Source of the DNA: the human T2T-CHM13v2.0 reference genome, Homo sapiens
DNA length: 64,000 nucleotides
Reading direction: 5' to 3' (one strand)
Assembly: GCF_009914755.1 (NCBI RefSeq)
Contig: NC_060930.1
The notes under the pieces were generated by a model. The model did no database searches. It saw only the letters and a program-made list of their open reading frames with translations, and was not told the DNA's origin. The stretch's first letter is position 1. Every line of letters begins with the position of its first letter. Positions 52,271-64,000 of the stretch are shown piece after piece. Made by a program: the position numbers and the translations under genes.

Positions 52271-52658
52271 AAGAATGTATTACTGAAAATGATTCAATTT
52301 TTATTTAATGTATTCTGTTCATTGCTTTAGCATCCATTTACTGTCCCCAAACCTCAACTTACATGATGAGTGGTTGCATTACTAGGGTTTATTTACACGA
52401 TTTCCAATATGGTTATGAGAAATACACTTTGACTTCAGGCTTTTAAAATGTGTTTTTTCTGAAATAGTTTTCATTGTGTGATAGATTTATTTATTCACTT
52501 TAAACGTTATGATTTACATAATCATCAGAATAACATGGAAACCATGTAGCACCAGTCAAAAATACAGTGCAATATTTGTAACTTCATGTTTTATTTCACT
52601 TTTATCTGTTTAGTTATTAAGAGTATGTGCTTAATATTGTGCCTTTGCCCCTGCAAAT

Positions 52659-53127
52659 GTAGTAATTGCCCTTCTCCATTCTGTTTGGTCTCCCAGAAGA
52701 CTAAATTTGAGGAACTGAATCTCCCATATTCCTTTGCCATCGGTCTTTGGGGTTGTATTTGGACAATGAGAGATACAAGGCGGAGCTCTGAAGGCAAAAG
52801 GAAAATGAGGGAGGACGCTTAATTCCCTCAGCTCACTGCCTGCTGGGCCGTATACCTTTGTAGGACGCCTCATCTTCTGTTGGGCATCTCTCCCTTAGAA
52901 CCAGAGCCCCAGCTCTACTTCTCTCCAATTCTAACAACTGCTCTATTCTTTACTCAGGCCCAGAAATGGAAGCAGCTCCCTGTAGTCGCTAAGCTCTGGA
53001 ATACAACACCATCCCTTCTCTGTGCCCCGTATCCTGTCTACCACTTTATAAATAGCACTTTTGTGAAACTCACTTTAACTCATTTAAGTGTGTTTTTTCC
53101 CCTCCTGCCAGGACTCTGACTGATGCA
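52659..53127 (+). mobile_element. LTR33-like ERVL LTR
   Basis: ttcctttgccatcggtc...ttggacaatgagag...caccatccctt...tttataaatagcac...cctgccaggactctgactgatgca. Confidence 0.65.
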
Positions 53128-53896
53128 TGGCATTTTATTAAACAGCTTATATTTTTAAGTTTTTCACTCCTTCCAGATGATTTACTTGGAAATGCTATTT
53201 ATTTACTCTCTCATCTAACATAATGTATTCCCACTGACATTGATTTGTTAATTGAAAAATATATGGTTGGCATGGAGAACTTAACATTACCAAAAACATC
53301 TTAATTCAATAAACCTTTTTGTCACATTTCTATGTAGGTATAGAGAGAAACATTTTAAATAATTCAAAAAATCTGTGTCACTATCTTAAACTACACATAT
53401 TTTTATATAGAGACAAGATGATAACCTGCTACTTCCACAGTTAAATTAATTTGCATATATATGGAAAATGACATAAATAACTCTGATATTCCACAGAATA
53501 AAATACATTAACATTTATAAAGGTAATCATTAATCATCTTTCTCATGATATTATGATCCATTGTAACCTTCATATTTTACACTTTGACAATCATTAAAAT
53601 GTCATGTTGACTTGGATTATGTCAGTATATCATACTACCAACCCAGCTGATTTTGATAAGTCAAAGCTAAAAGACAGAGTGAAACAGACATATCTTTTCC
53701 AAATGACCCCTTTAAGATTTATTATTTTTAACAGTATTTACTACATATGAGCAATTATTTGTATATTACTACATTATATCAAGAAGTACATTTGCAAATA
53801 TTTTACCACTATATTGATTATTAATTGATTCAACAAATGTTTTGGGGCATATGTTTTCCTAGCTGCTGATGCGAGGTGTTATTAATACAATGAATG

Positions 53897-54569
53897 TGTA
53901 TTAGTCTGTTGTCATGCTGCTAATAAAGACATACCCGAGACTGGATAATTTATAAGGAAAAGAGGTTTTTTTTTGTTTTGTTTTTTTGAGATGGAATTTC
54001 ACTCTTGTTGCTCAGGCTGGAGTGCAGTGGCACAATCTTGGCTCACTGCAACTTCCGCCTCCCGGATTCATGCAATTCTCCTGCCTCAGCCTCCCGAGTA
54101 ACTTGGATTATAAGCTCCCACCACCACATCTGGCTAATTTTTGTATTTTTAGTAGAGACAGGGTTTTGCCATGTTGGCCAGGCTTGTCTTGAACTCCTGA
54201 CCTTCAGTGATCCACCCGCCTCTGCCTCCCAAAGTGCCAGGATTACAGGCGTGAGCCACTACGCCTAGCCGGAAAAGAGATTTAATTGACTCACAGTTCC
54301 ACATGGCTGGGGAGGCCTCACAATCATGGCAGAAGGCAAAGGAGGAGCAAAGTCACATCTTACATAGCAGCAGGCAAGAGAGCTTGGGCAGGGGAACTCC
54401 CATTTATAAAACCATCAGATCTTGTGAGACTTATTCGGTATCACGAGAACGGCACAGGAAAAACCTTCCCCCGTAATTCATTTACCTCCCACCAGGTCCC
54501 ACCCATGACACATAGGGATTATTACAATTTAAGGTGAGATTTGGGTAGGGACACAGACAAACTATATCA
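53897..54569 (-). mobile_element. THE1C/D-like MaLR solo LTR (split by an Alu, inserted in an L2 remnant)
   Basis: tgtattagtctgttgtcatgctgctaataaagacatacccgagactgg...aaactatatca; exact 5-bp TSD gaatg (53892-53896 / 54570-54574). Confidence 0.92.
53969..54270 (-). mobile_element. Alu (AluSq-like) inside THE1
   Basis: full-length antisense Alu; TSD ggaaaagaggttt (53956-53968) / ggaaaagagattt (54271-54283). Confidence 0.95.
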
Positions 54570-54759
54570 GAATGAAATAGAGAGAGACAGTAAATATGAG
54601 TAGCCAACATATATACATAGCCAGTTCCTGATAGGGCTATGTAGAGAAATAAAGAAGGAAAAGGGATAAGGTGTTCTGAAATGGGGATGAGCTTAATTGG
54701 CATATTTACCTATTGTAGTACAATGCAAGGAGCTAAAATAACTCAAATCCTTTGACCCA

Positions 54760-55190
54760 CCTCCTGAATTATCGTTGTCATAGTTTTTATTCTACAAATA
54801 CTTTAAATCCTAGGAATGATTGTTATTGCTTTTTTGTAGAGTAACTATTTATTTATATTCATTCCAAATAATTAAAATTTCACTGTTTTTCTATTCCCTT
54901 CTGCATGATTGGCATTCCAGTTGGGATTTACTTCTTATCAACAGAAAGCAAGTCTTTATTATTTCTTTTAATTTATCTCTAGTAATAAATTCAGGATGTT
55001 TTTGTTATTGTGGCTTCAAGATTGTCTTCATCTTTAATCTTAAAGAAAAATCTTTTGGGTTTAGGAATCTCACTGGTAGTTATTCTATCTTGGCACCTTG
55101 GAGATACCATTCCTTTCTCTTCTAGCCACCCTTGATTCTGTCATAAAGTCATATCTCAGGTAATTAATTCTGTCTTCAACTGTGCCCAAT
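54760..55190 (-). mobile_element. ancient L1ME/HAL1-like remnant (appears to resume at ~61730-62800)
   Basis: gcaccttggagataccattcctttctcttctagc resembles antisense ORF1; highly diverged. Confidence 0.45.
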
Positions 55191-55196
55191 CTGCTT

Positions 55197-55373
55197 TTAT
55201 TGTGTATGTGTGTGTATATATGTGTATATATATGGTATGTGTACATACGTACTATGATGTATACATATATATGTATACCTACTACTATATATATACACAC
55301 ATATGTATGTGTGTATATGGTGTATATATAGAGAGTACATAAGATATATGTGTATATAAGAACTGCACATATA

Positions 55374-55417
<44 letters not shown>

Positions 55418-55422
55418 TATAT
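55197..55422. repeat. (TA/TG)-rich microsatellite expansion at the L1MA 3' end
   Basis: tgtgtatgtgtgtgtatata...tatatatatatata. Confidence 0.93.
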
Positions 55423-58400
55423 GAGAAGTACATGAGATATTTTGATTCAGGTTTACAATGCATAATAATTGCACCATGGTAAATGGGATATTCATGCCCT
55501 CGAGCATTTATTCTTTGTGTAACAAACAATTCAGTTATAATCTTTTAGTTATTTTTAAATGCACCATTAAGTTATTATTCACTATAGTCACCATGTTGTG
55601 CCATCAAATACTAGATCTTATTCACTCTTTCAAATTAATTGATGTGCCCATTAACCATGCCTGCTTCCCCTCTATCCCACTACACTTCCCAGATTCTGAT
55701 CACCCTTTCTACTCTCTATCTCCACGAGTTCATTCATTTTAATTTTTAGCTCCCATAAATAAATGAGAACATGTGAAATATGCCTTTCTGTGCTTTTTGT
55801 GTTCACTTAACACAATTACCTCCAGTTTCATCCATGTTGTTGCAAGTAACAGCATCTCATTCTTTTTTATGACCAAATACAACTCCATTATGTATATGTA
55901 CCACATTTTCTTTAGTTATTTGTCTGTTGACAGACACTTAGGTTGCTTCCAAATCTTGGCTATTGTGAACAGTGCTGCAATAAATGTGAGAACACGTATA
56001 TCTTTTCTATATACTCATTTCCTTCCTTTGAAGGTATATACCTAGCAGTGATATTGATGGATCATATGGTAGCTTTACTTTTCATTTTTTGAGGAATCTC
56101 CAAATTGTTCTCCATAGTAGTTGTACTAATTTACATTCCCACTAACAGTGTACTGGGGTTCTCTTTTGTCCATATCTTCTCCAGTGTTTGTTATACCCTG
56201 TCTTTTGGATATAAGCCATTTTCACTGGGGCGAGATGATATCTCATTGTAGCTTCTATTTGCATTTCTCTGATGATCAGTGATGTTGAGCACCTTTTTAT
56301 ATGCCTGTTTGTCATTTGTATGTCTTCCTTTGAGAAATGTTTATTCAGATCTTTAGTCCATTTTTAAATTGGATTCTTAGATTTGTTTTTCCTATTGAGT
56401 TGTTAGAGATTCTTATACATTCTGGTTATTAATCCCTTGTTATATGGGTAGTTTGCAAATATTTTCTTCCATTCTGTTGGTAGTCTCTTCACTTTGTTGA
56501 TTATTTCCTTTGCCATGCAGAAGCTTTTTAACTTGATGTGATCCCATTTGTACATTTTTGCTTTGGTTGACTGTGCTTACGTGTTATTACTTAAGAAATC
56601 TTTGCCCACTCCAATTTCCTGGAGAGTTTACCTGGTGTTTTATTGTAGTATATTTATATTTTGAGGCCTTAGATGTAAGTATTTAATCCAATTTGATTTG
56701 ATTTATGTATATTATGAGATATAGGGGTCTGATTTTATTCTTCTGAATATGAATATTCAGTTTTCCCACCACCATTTATGGAACAGATTGTCTTTTCTCC
56801 AGTGTATGTTCTTGACACCTTTGTTGAAAAGCAATTCACTGTAGGTGTGTGAATTTGCTTCTGGGTTCTTTCTTTGGTTTCATTGGTATATGTGTCTGTT
56901 TTTATGCTAGTGCAATTCTGTTTTGGTTACTATAGCTCTGTAGTATAATTTGAAGTCAGGTAATGTGATTCCTCCAGTTTTGTTCTTTTTGTTCAGAAGG
57001 TGTTGGCTATTCTGGGTCTTTTCTGGTTCCAAATAAATTTTAGATTTTTTTTTTTTCTGTTTCTGTGAAAGACATAATTGGTATTTTGACAGGAATTGCA
57101 TTGAATCTGTAGATTGCTTTGGGTAATATGGACATTTTAACAGTATTTATTCTTCCAATCCATGAACATGGAATATCTTTCCATTTTTTGTGTCTTCTTC
57201 AATTTCTTTCATTAGTATTTTATTATTTTCATTGTAGAGATTGTTCATTTCTTTGGTTAAATTAATTCCTAGGTAATTAAATTTATTTGCAACTATTATA
57301 AATTGAGTAACTTTCTTAATTTCTTTTTCAGATTGTTCACTATTGGCAAAGAGAAATGCCACTGATTTTTGTTTGTTGATTTTGTATCCTGCAACTTTAC
57401 TGAATTTGTTAAATAGGTCTTTTGTTTTGTTTTTTTTTTGCTTTTTTTTTTTGTTTCTTTTTTTTTTTTTTTTGAGATGGAGTCTTGCTCTGTTACCCAG
57501 GGTGGAGTGCAGTGATGCAATCTCATCTTACTGAAAACTCCACCTCCTGGGTTCAAATGATTCTCCTGTCTCAGTCTCCTGAGTAGCTGGGATCACAGGC
57601 ATGCACCACCATGCTCAGTTAAGTTTTGTATTTTTAGTATAGATGGGGTTTTGCCATGTTGGCCAGGCTGGTCTCAAACCCCTGAGTTTGAGTGCAAGGA
57701 TTACAGGTGTGAGCCACTGCACCTGGCTTGTTTATCAGTTCTAATAGTATTTTAGTGGAGTCTTTAGATTCTTCCCAATATAAGAGCATATCGTCTGCAA
57801 ACAAGGATAATTTAGCTTCTTTCTTTACAACTATGATGTCCTTTACTTCTTTATCTTGTTTGCTGTAGCTAAGACTTCTGACATTGTGTTCAATAACAAT
57901 GGCCATTGTGGGCATGCTTGTCGTGTTCCATATTTTAGAGGAATAGCTTTCAGGTTTTCCCCATTCAATGTGATATCAGCTGTGAGTCTATTGTATATGG
58001 TTTTTATTATATTGAGGTATACTCCTTCTTCACCCAGTTTTAGAGTTTTTATCATAAAGGGATGCTGAATTTTATCAAATGCTCTTTCAGCAGCAGTTGA
58101 AACGATCAATGGTTATTCTCCTTTATTCTACTGATATCATGTACCACATTGATTAATTCACATAGGTTGAACCCTCTTTACATCTCTGGAGTAATTCATC
58201 CTTGGTCATGATGAATGACCTTCTAAATTCATTGTTGAATTTGGTTTGCTAGCATTTTGTTTAGGATTTTTGCATCTATATTTACCAGTGATATTGGTCT
58301 GTAATTTCCTTTATTTCATATATTTGTTTGATGTTGGTACTGACCTCATAGAATGAGTTTAGAAGTATTTCCTCCTCAGTTTTTCAAAATAGTTTGAGTA

Positions 58401-61400
58401 GCATTGGCATCATTTTTTTAATGTTTGGTAGAATTCAACAGTGAAACCCTCAGGTCACAGGCTTTTCATTACTGGGAACCTTTTTATTATGCCTTTGATT
58501 TTGCTACTTGTTTTTGGTCTACTCAGGTTTGAGATTTCTTCCTGATTCAATCTTGGTACATTGTATGTGTCTAGGAATTTATCCATTTCCTCTAGATTTT
58601 CCAATTTATTGGCATATAATTATTTCTTATGGCCACTAATGATCCTCTGAATTTCTATGGTATCAGTTGTAATCTTTTTTTCATCTCCAACTTTATTTAT
58701 TTGGGTCTTCTCTCTTTTTGCCTTAGTTAATCTGACCAAAGGTTTGTCTTTTTTTTTTTTTTTTTTTTTTACCTTTTCAAAAACACAACTTTTTATTTCA
58801 TTGAACTTTTGTGTTGTTTATTTCAATTTAATTTATCACTGCTCTGATTATTATCATTTCTCTTCTACTAATTTTGGGTTTTGTTAGCTCTTGGTTTTCT
58901 AGTTCTTAAAAATGACTTATCTGGTTGTTTATTTGAAGTTTTTTTCCATTTCAATGTAGGTTCTTATAGCTATAAACATCCCTGTTAGTCCTGCTTTTGC
59001 TGTATCCTGAAGGTTTAGGTATGTCATGTTTACATTATTATTTGTTTCAAGAAATTTTTCAGTTTCTTTCTTCCTTAGTTTCTTCATTGACCCATTGGTC
59101 AAACAGGATCCTGTTGTTTAATTTTTGCATGTGTGTATAGTTTCTGAATATTCTCTTGTTAGTGATTTTTAGTTTTATTTCACTGTGATCAGAGAAGTTG
59201 CTTCATATTATTTAAAATTTTTGAATGTTTTAAGACTTATCTTGTGACCTAACATATGTTCCATACTTAAAAATGATCATGTACTGAGAAAAAGATTGTA
59301 TATTCTGTAGCCTTTGCATGAAATGTTCTGTAAATATCTATTCTGTACATTTGATCTGTAGTGCAGATTCAGTCTCATGTTTTTTGGGGGGTTTCTGTCT
59401 GGAAGATCTGTTCAATGCTAAGAGTTGGGTGTTGAAGTCTCCAGCTATTACTGTATTGATGTCTACCTCTCTCTGTAGCTCTAATAATATTTTCTTTGTA
59501 TAGCTGGTTGCTCCAGCATTGGGTGCATATATATTTGCAATTGTTATATCCTCTTGCTGAATTGACCCCTTTATTATTATACAATGACCTTCTTTGTCTC
59601 TTCTTATAGTTTTTGTCCTGAAATTTATTTTTTGGATATAAAAGTACCTGCTCCGTTTTCATTTCCGTTGGCATGGAATATCTTCTTCCATCCATTTATT
59701 TTCAGTTGGTGTACATCTTTATAGATGAAGTGTGTTTCTTATAGCCAACAGATTTGGAGCCTTTTTTTTTTAAATCCATTCAGCCACTCTATGTCTTTTG
59801 ATTGGAGAGTTTAGTCCATTTATATTCAATGTTATTATTGATAAATAAAGACATACTTCTGCCATTTTGTTATTTGTTTTCTGGTTGTTTTGTGATCTTC
59901 TCTTCCTTCTTTCCTCTTTCCTGTTTGCCTTTTAATGAAGGTCATTTTCTTTTCTGTTGGTATGATTTAACGTCTTGCTTTTAATTTTTTCTGAATTCAT
60001 TGTATGTTTCTGGAATTGAGGTACCATTAGGCTTGCAAATACTATCTTATAAACCATTATTTTAAATGATGACAACTTAACACTAATTGCATTAACAAAC
60101 ATGCAAAAAGAAAACTAATAAAAACTCTACTCTTTAAATTTGCAACCCCACCTTTTGTATTTCTATTGTTTCTACTTATGCTATTGTACTGTATATGTCA
60201 TGAAAACTTGTAGTTATTATTTTGGATTTGTTCATCATTTAGTCTTTTGACTTAGCATAACAGTAGTTTATACACCATATTTAAAGTATTATAAAATACT
60301 GTGTTTTCCTATGTTCTTACTATGACCAGTGAGTTTTACCCTTCAGGTGGTATTTTATTGCTCATTCATATTTTTTCTTTCAGATAGAACTCCCTTTAGC
60401 ATTTCTTGTAGGACAGGCCTGGTGTTGATGAATTCCCTCATAGTTTATTTGTCTGGGAAAGTATTTATTTCTCCATTATGTTTGAAGGTAATTTTTGCCA
60501 AATATACTATTCTAGGATAAAGTTGGGTTTTTTGTTTTTTTGTTTTGTTTTGTTTTCTCCAGTGCCACTCTCTCCTGCCCTATAATGGAAAGTCAGCTGC
60601 TGGATGTATTGAAGCTCCATTGTATATTTGTTTCTTTTCTCTTGCTAGTCCCCTTTATTTTTCCTCTGTTTTTCTGAAGCAGAATGAGTTTTTCACCATA
60701 GCCACCAGAGCTGGGAATGTGCTAGGTCTCACCTGAAGCCAGCACATTTCAGTCTCACCCAAGGCCCACAGCATGCTATGTGGGTATTGCTGTTGGTTAT
60801 TCAGGGCCCAAGGCTCTTCAGTCAGCAGGTGAACAATTCTGCCAGGACTGGGTCCTTCTCTTCAATGCAGCTGGTTCCATTCTGGTCCAGGATGTATCTA
60901 GAAATGCCATCTGGGAGATAGGGCCTGCAATGTGGGCCTTGACTCTGCCCGGTGCCCTGTTCTATTGTGACTGAGCTGGTATCCAAGATGCAAGACAAAG
61001 TTCTTTTTATTCGTTTCTCTCCTGTCTTCAAGCAGAAGGAAGGAGTCACTTTTGTTTCTGTGAGCTGCGCTGCCTGGGGTTGCAGGAGAGGTGGTGCAAG
61101 CACTCCCTTAGCTGACCCAGCTTATGTCTCCATTGGTCACATGCTGCCCTAGTCCACTGGCTCTGAATCCAGCCCAATACTAAGATTTGCCTAATAATTG
61201 CAGTCTTTGTGTCCTAGACTCCCTTTCAAGTTTACTTAGAACCTCAGAGTGCTTTAGCATGTGGTGGTGAGGCTTGTGGACACCAAATTTCAATCACTTT
61301 GATGGGCAATTTCCCTCTGGCTAGGGCTTGTCCATATGCTCCTCCATGGGCAGGCACCAAGGAGACCAGAATGGCTTTGCTGTTTACTGTGACCGGGCAG

Positions 61401-61720
61401 CACTGAGTTTAATGCTAAGTCTCTCAGTTGCTGTGCTCTCCCTCCTTCAAGTACACAGATTCTGTCTCTATGCCACATGGCCACTGCCAGGGGATGGAGG
61501 AGGGGTGGCATCTGCAATTCAAGACTGTCTTTGCCACCTTCCTCAGTGCCTCTTTTTGCAATATAAATTTAAAACCAGAACCAGGTACTGTTATTAATCA
61601 CCTAGTTTTTGGTTCTTATGATGATACTTTTTTTGTGTGTAGTTTGTTGTTAAAATTTGGTGTTCCTGCAGAAGGGGTCATTGGTGGAGGCTTCTTCTAA
61701 GCCATCTTGCTCTGCCCCTG
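55200..61720 (-). mobile_element. LINE-1, L1MA1-3 class, both termini present, large internal deletion
   Basis: antisense 3'UTR gtacatgagatattttg; ORF2 fragments ([44 protein letters not shown]); 5' terminus aagccatcttgctctgcc. Confidence 0.9.
57421..57727 (-). mobile_element. Alu (AluS-like, left-arm deletion) inside L1
   Basis: poly-T, gagatggagtcttgctctgttacccag...gattacaggtgtgagccactgcacctggc. Confidence 0.92.
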
Positions 61721-61805
61721 CTCCAAACTACCTCTAAACATAGCCATTGATTTCTCAATTTTAAATATTGTATTTTTGTTTCAGTTATAAAACTTCCATT
61801 TTCTT

Positions 61806-61870
61806 TGTCTATCTGTCTTATCTATCTATCTTTCTATCTATCTAGAGAGAAAGAGAGGGATAGAGAGACA
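61806..61870. repeat. (TCTA)n/(GA)n simple repeat
   Basis: tctatctgtcttatctatctatctttctatctatctagagagaaagagag. Confidence 0.85.
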
Positions 61871-62110
61871 CAACTCTGGGCAACAAAACAAGACTCTGTC
61901 TCTATAAAAACAAAATTAAAACAAAAAATAGCCAGGTGTGATGATGCCTGCCTGTAGTTCCAACTACTCAGGAGGCTGAGGCAGAAGGATCACTTGAGCC
62001 CACGTAGTCAAGGTGTAATGAGCTATGATACATTACTGAGTATTGCACTGCATTCCAAACTTGGTTCAGAGTGAGACCCTGTCTCTAAGAAGAAAATAAT
62101 ACTAATAAAT
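61871..62110 (+). mobile_element. AluJ, 5'-truncated
   Basis: tagccaggtgtg...gaggctgaggcagaaggatcacttgagccc...gagtgagaccctgtctct. Confidence 0.85.
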
Positions 62111-63380
62111 TTTAAAATAAATGCATAAACACATATGTGTCTGATAAGTTCCTTCCTAATACATTTCTCCATTTGTATGTTTATATTTTCTATTGCTTTT
62201 TCTTTATTTTCGTTCTTGTTCTCTTAACTATTTTTGTGCCTGTTATTTTTGAATGAGCAGCATTGTAAATCCAAAATTGTAAAAATAATGTGGCTTCAGA
62301 TGATGATATAGTCCTCAGGAGAATATTTACATTTGTCTCTGCAACCTTTTAGGGACACAGAATTCTGGGAGTATCTTTATCCAACATGAGGACTTGAAAT
62401 GATTCAAAACTGGATTTCAACCTATACAAGGCTGACTTATTTTGATTCCATTCCCATGCTTCCCGAATGTAACTCTTCAGAATGTCAACCAAATACAGGA
62501 AACTTAATGGGCCTTCTCTGAGAATGAACTGAACTTGACATTTTGTCCCTTTAGCTTCACAAGATTTTCAAAGGCCCCTTTCAGTTTCTCAGCCACTCAG
62601 TCACCTCATCTGAAATCTACAGAAACACTTAGAGCAAAATCAGCTCTAAATATTAGATATACCTCTCTTCTTCCAAATCTTAACCTTCTCATTCTTCATT
62701 GCCTTATTGACTTTCCATGCCTTCAGGTAAGTATTCATCTTTCCTCATTTTTTCTCAGTAGGATAGTTGGTCAAAATTTTCCAATACGCAATGACTGAAA
62801 GCCTAAATCTATCCATAAATTTCTTACTGAAGGCATAGTAAAACAAGTTCTCATAGTGATTGGGCTAACAAAAACACTGAGCATTTACCAGTTTCAGAAA
62901 CTCAGCTTCCAAATGTTACATACAGATTTTGCAGTAGAAAAAGTTTATTCTAATGAAAATAATCATGGTTGAGTGGATTTGAAATGCCTCATTTTCATCT
63001 TATATACACCATCGATTTGTATATAAGACAGATTAAAAGGAGAAAATAATATAAAATTAAGTTTATGCAAAGGCTTTAAAACTCATGCATATAAATTAGA
63101 GACAAAGGGGTTAGTGTAAATTACAGGATTATTTTAAGCTTTCATACTCCCACATAAAATTTATCTTTCTTTGCAATAAAAATAATTTGATTGATATGTA
63201 TTTTTTACTTATGTAAACTTCATGCATATTTTCAAAATCAGTCCTTATCTTAAAAAGTAAAAAATACAGTGTAATCACAAAATAGATAAAGTTCGGGACA
63301 AGATTAATCCATAATACCACCATCTTATCAAATAACTTATTTTTATTTTTTGTTATCTTCTAGTACCGATATAAAAAATA

Positions 63381-63410
63381 AACAAGGATGTTTGACTTAA
63401 CAAGGATGTT
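63381..63410. repeat. 12-bp direct repeat with 6-bp spacer
   Basis: aacaaggatgtt-tgactt-aacaaggatgtt. Confidence 0.85.
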
Positions 63411-63638
63411 AATTCTTTATATATTTGCAATCAAATACATTATACACTTCAGTTCCATTTTTTTAAAAAAATTTACAATATAATAAATATGACCCCAAAT
63501 CTCTGTTTGTTTTTTATGGTGATTATTTAAATATCTGCATTAAAATCCCAATATTTCATTGGCATCTAATTGCATTGTTTATTTAAACCCTACTCTAGGG
63601 AAATGTATAATGCACTACAACTTAATTCAAGAACATCA

Positions 63639-63948
<310 letters not shown>

Positions 63949-64000
63949 AACAACATCAAATTGGAGGTAAATTTGGAATTTGAACAAGGATTATTCTACT

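Noticed and set aside
53986-54268. ORFs such as [16 protein letters not shown] and similar ones at 18742, 21715, 31444 and 63771
   Set aside because: Alu-derived reading frames.
55085-55529. 140-aa and 110-aa Y/I/H/T-rich ORFs
   Set aside because: Translation of TA/TG microsatellite.

Overview
Primate (human-like) AT-rich, CpG-depleted genomic DNA with no recognisable host protein-coding gene, RNA gene, CpG island or CRISPR array. It looks like intergenic or deep-intronic sequence, and by eye roughly two-thirds or more is interspersed repeat. Contents: three near-full-length old LINE-1 copies of the L1MA1-3 class (3962-12330 +, 31611-39190 -, ~55200-61720 -); a younger L1PA3/4-like copy with a complete-length but broken ORF2 (48127-52270); other L1PA/L1MA/L1ME fragments; ten Alu copies or fragments; solo LTRs (MLT2A, MLT1A/B/E/K, THE1, MER21A, LTR33, MER66-group); a MER82-like DNA transposon; MIR/L2 remnants; and microsatellites. 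Nearly all ORFs in the track are L1 ORF1/ORF2 fragments or chance frames in repeats. I found no convincing previously undescribed biological system. The best second-look items are a multi-level transposon nesting stack with readable target-site duplications (TSDs), a monomer-like repeat in the old L1 5'UTR, small template-switch or micro-inversion scars, an exact 36-bp dispersed duplication, and a palindrome-rich unique segment near 24.3 kb that could be a regulatory element. Subfamily names come from my recollection of consensus sequences and need RepeatMasker/Dfam confirmation; boundaries of the oldest repeats are approximate.
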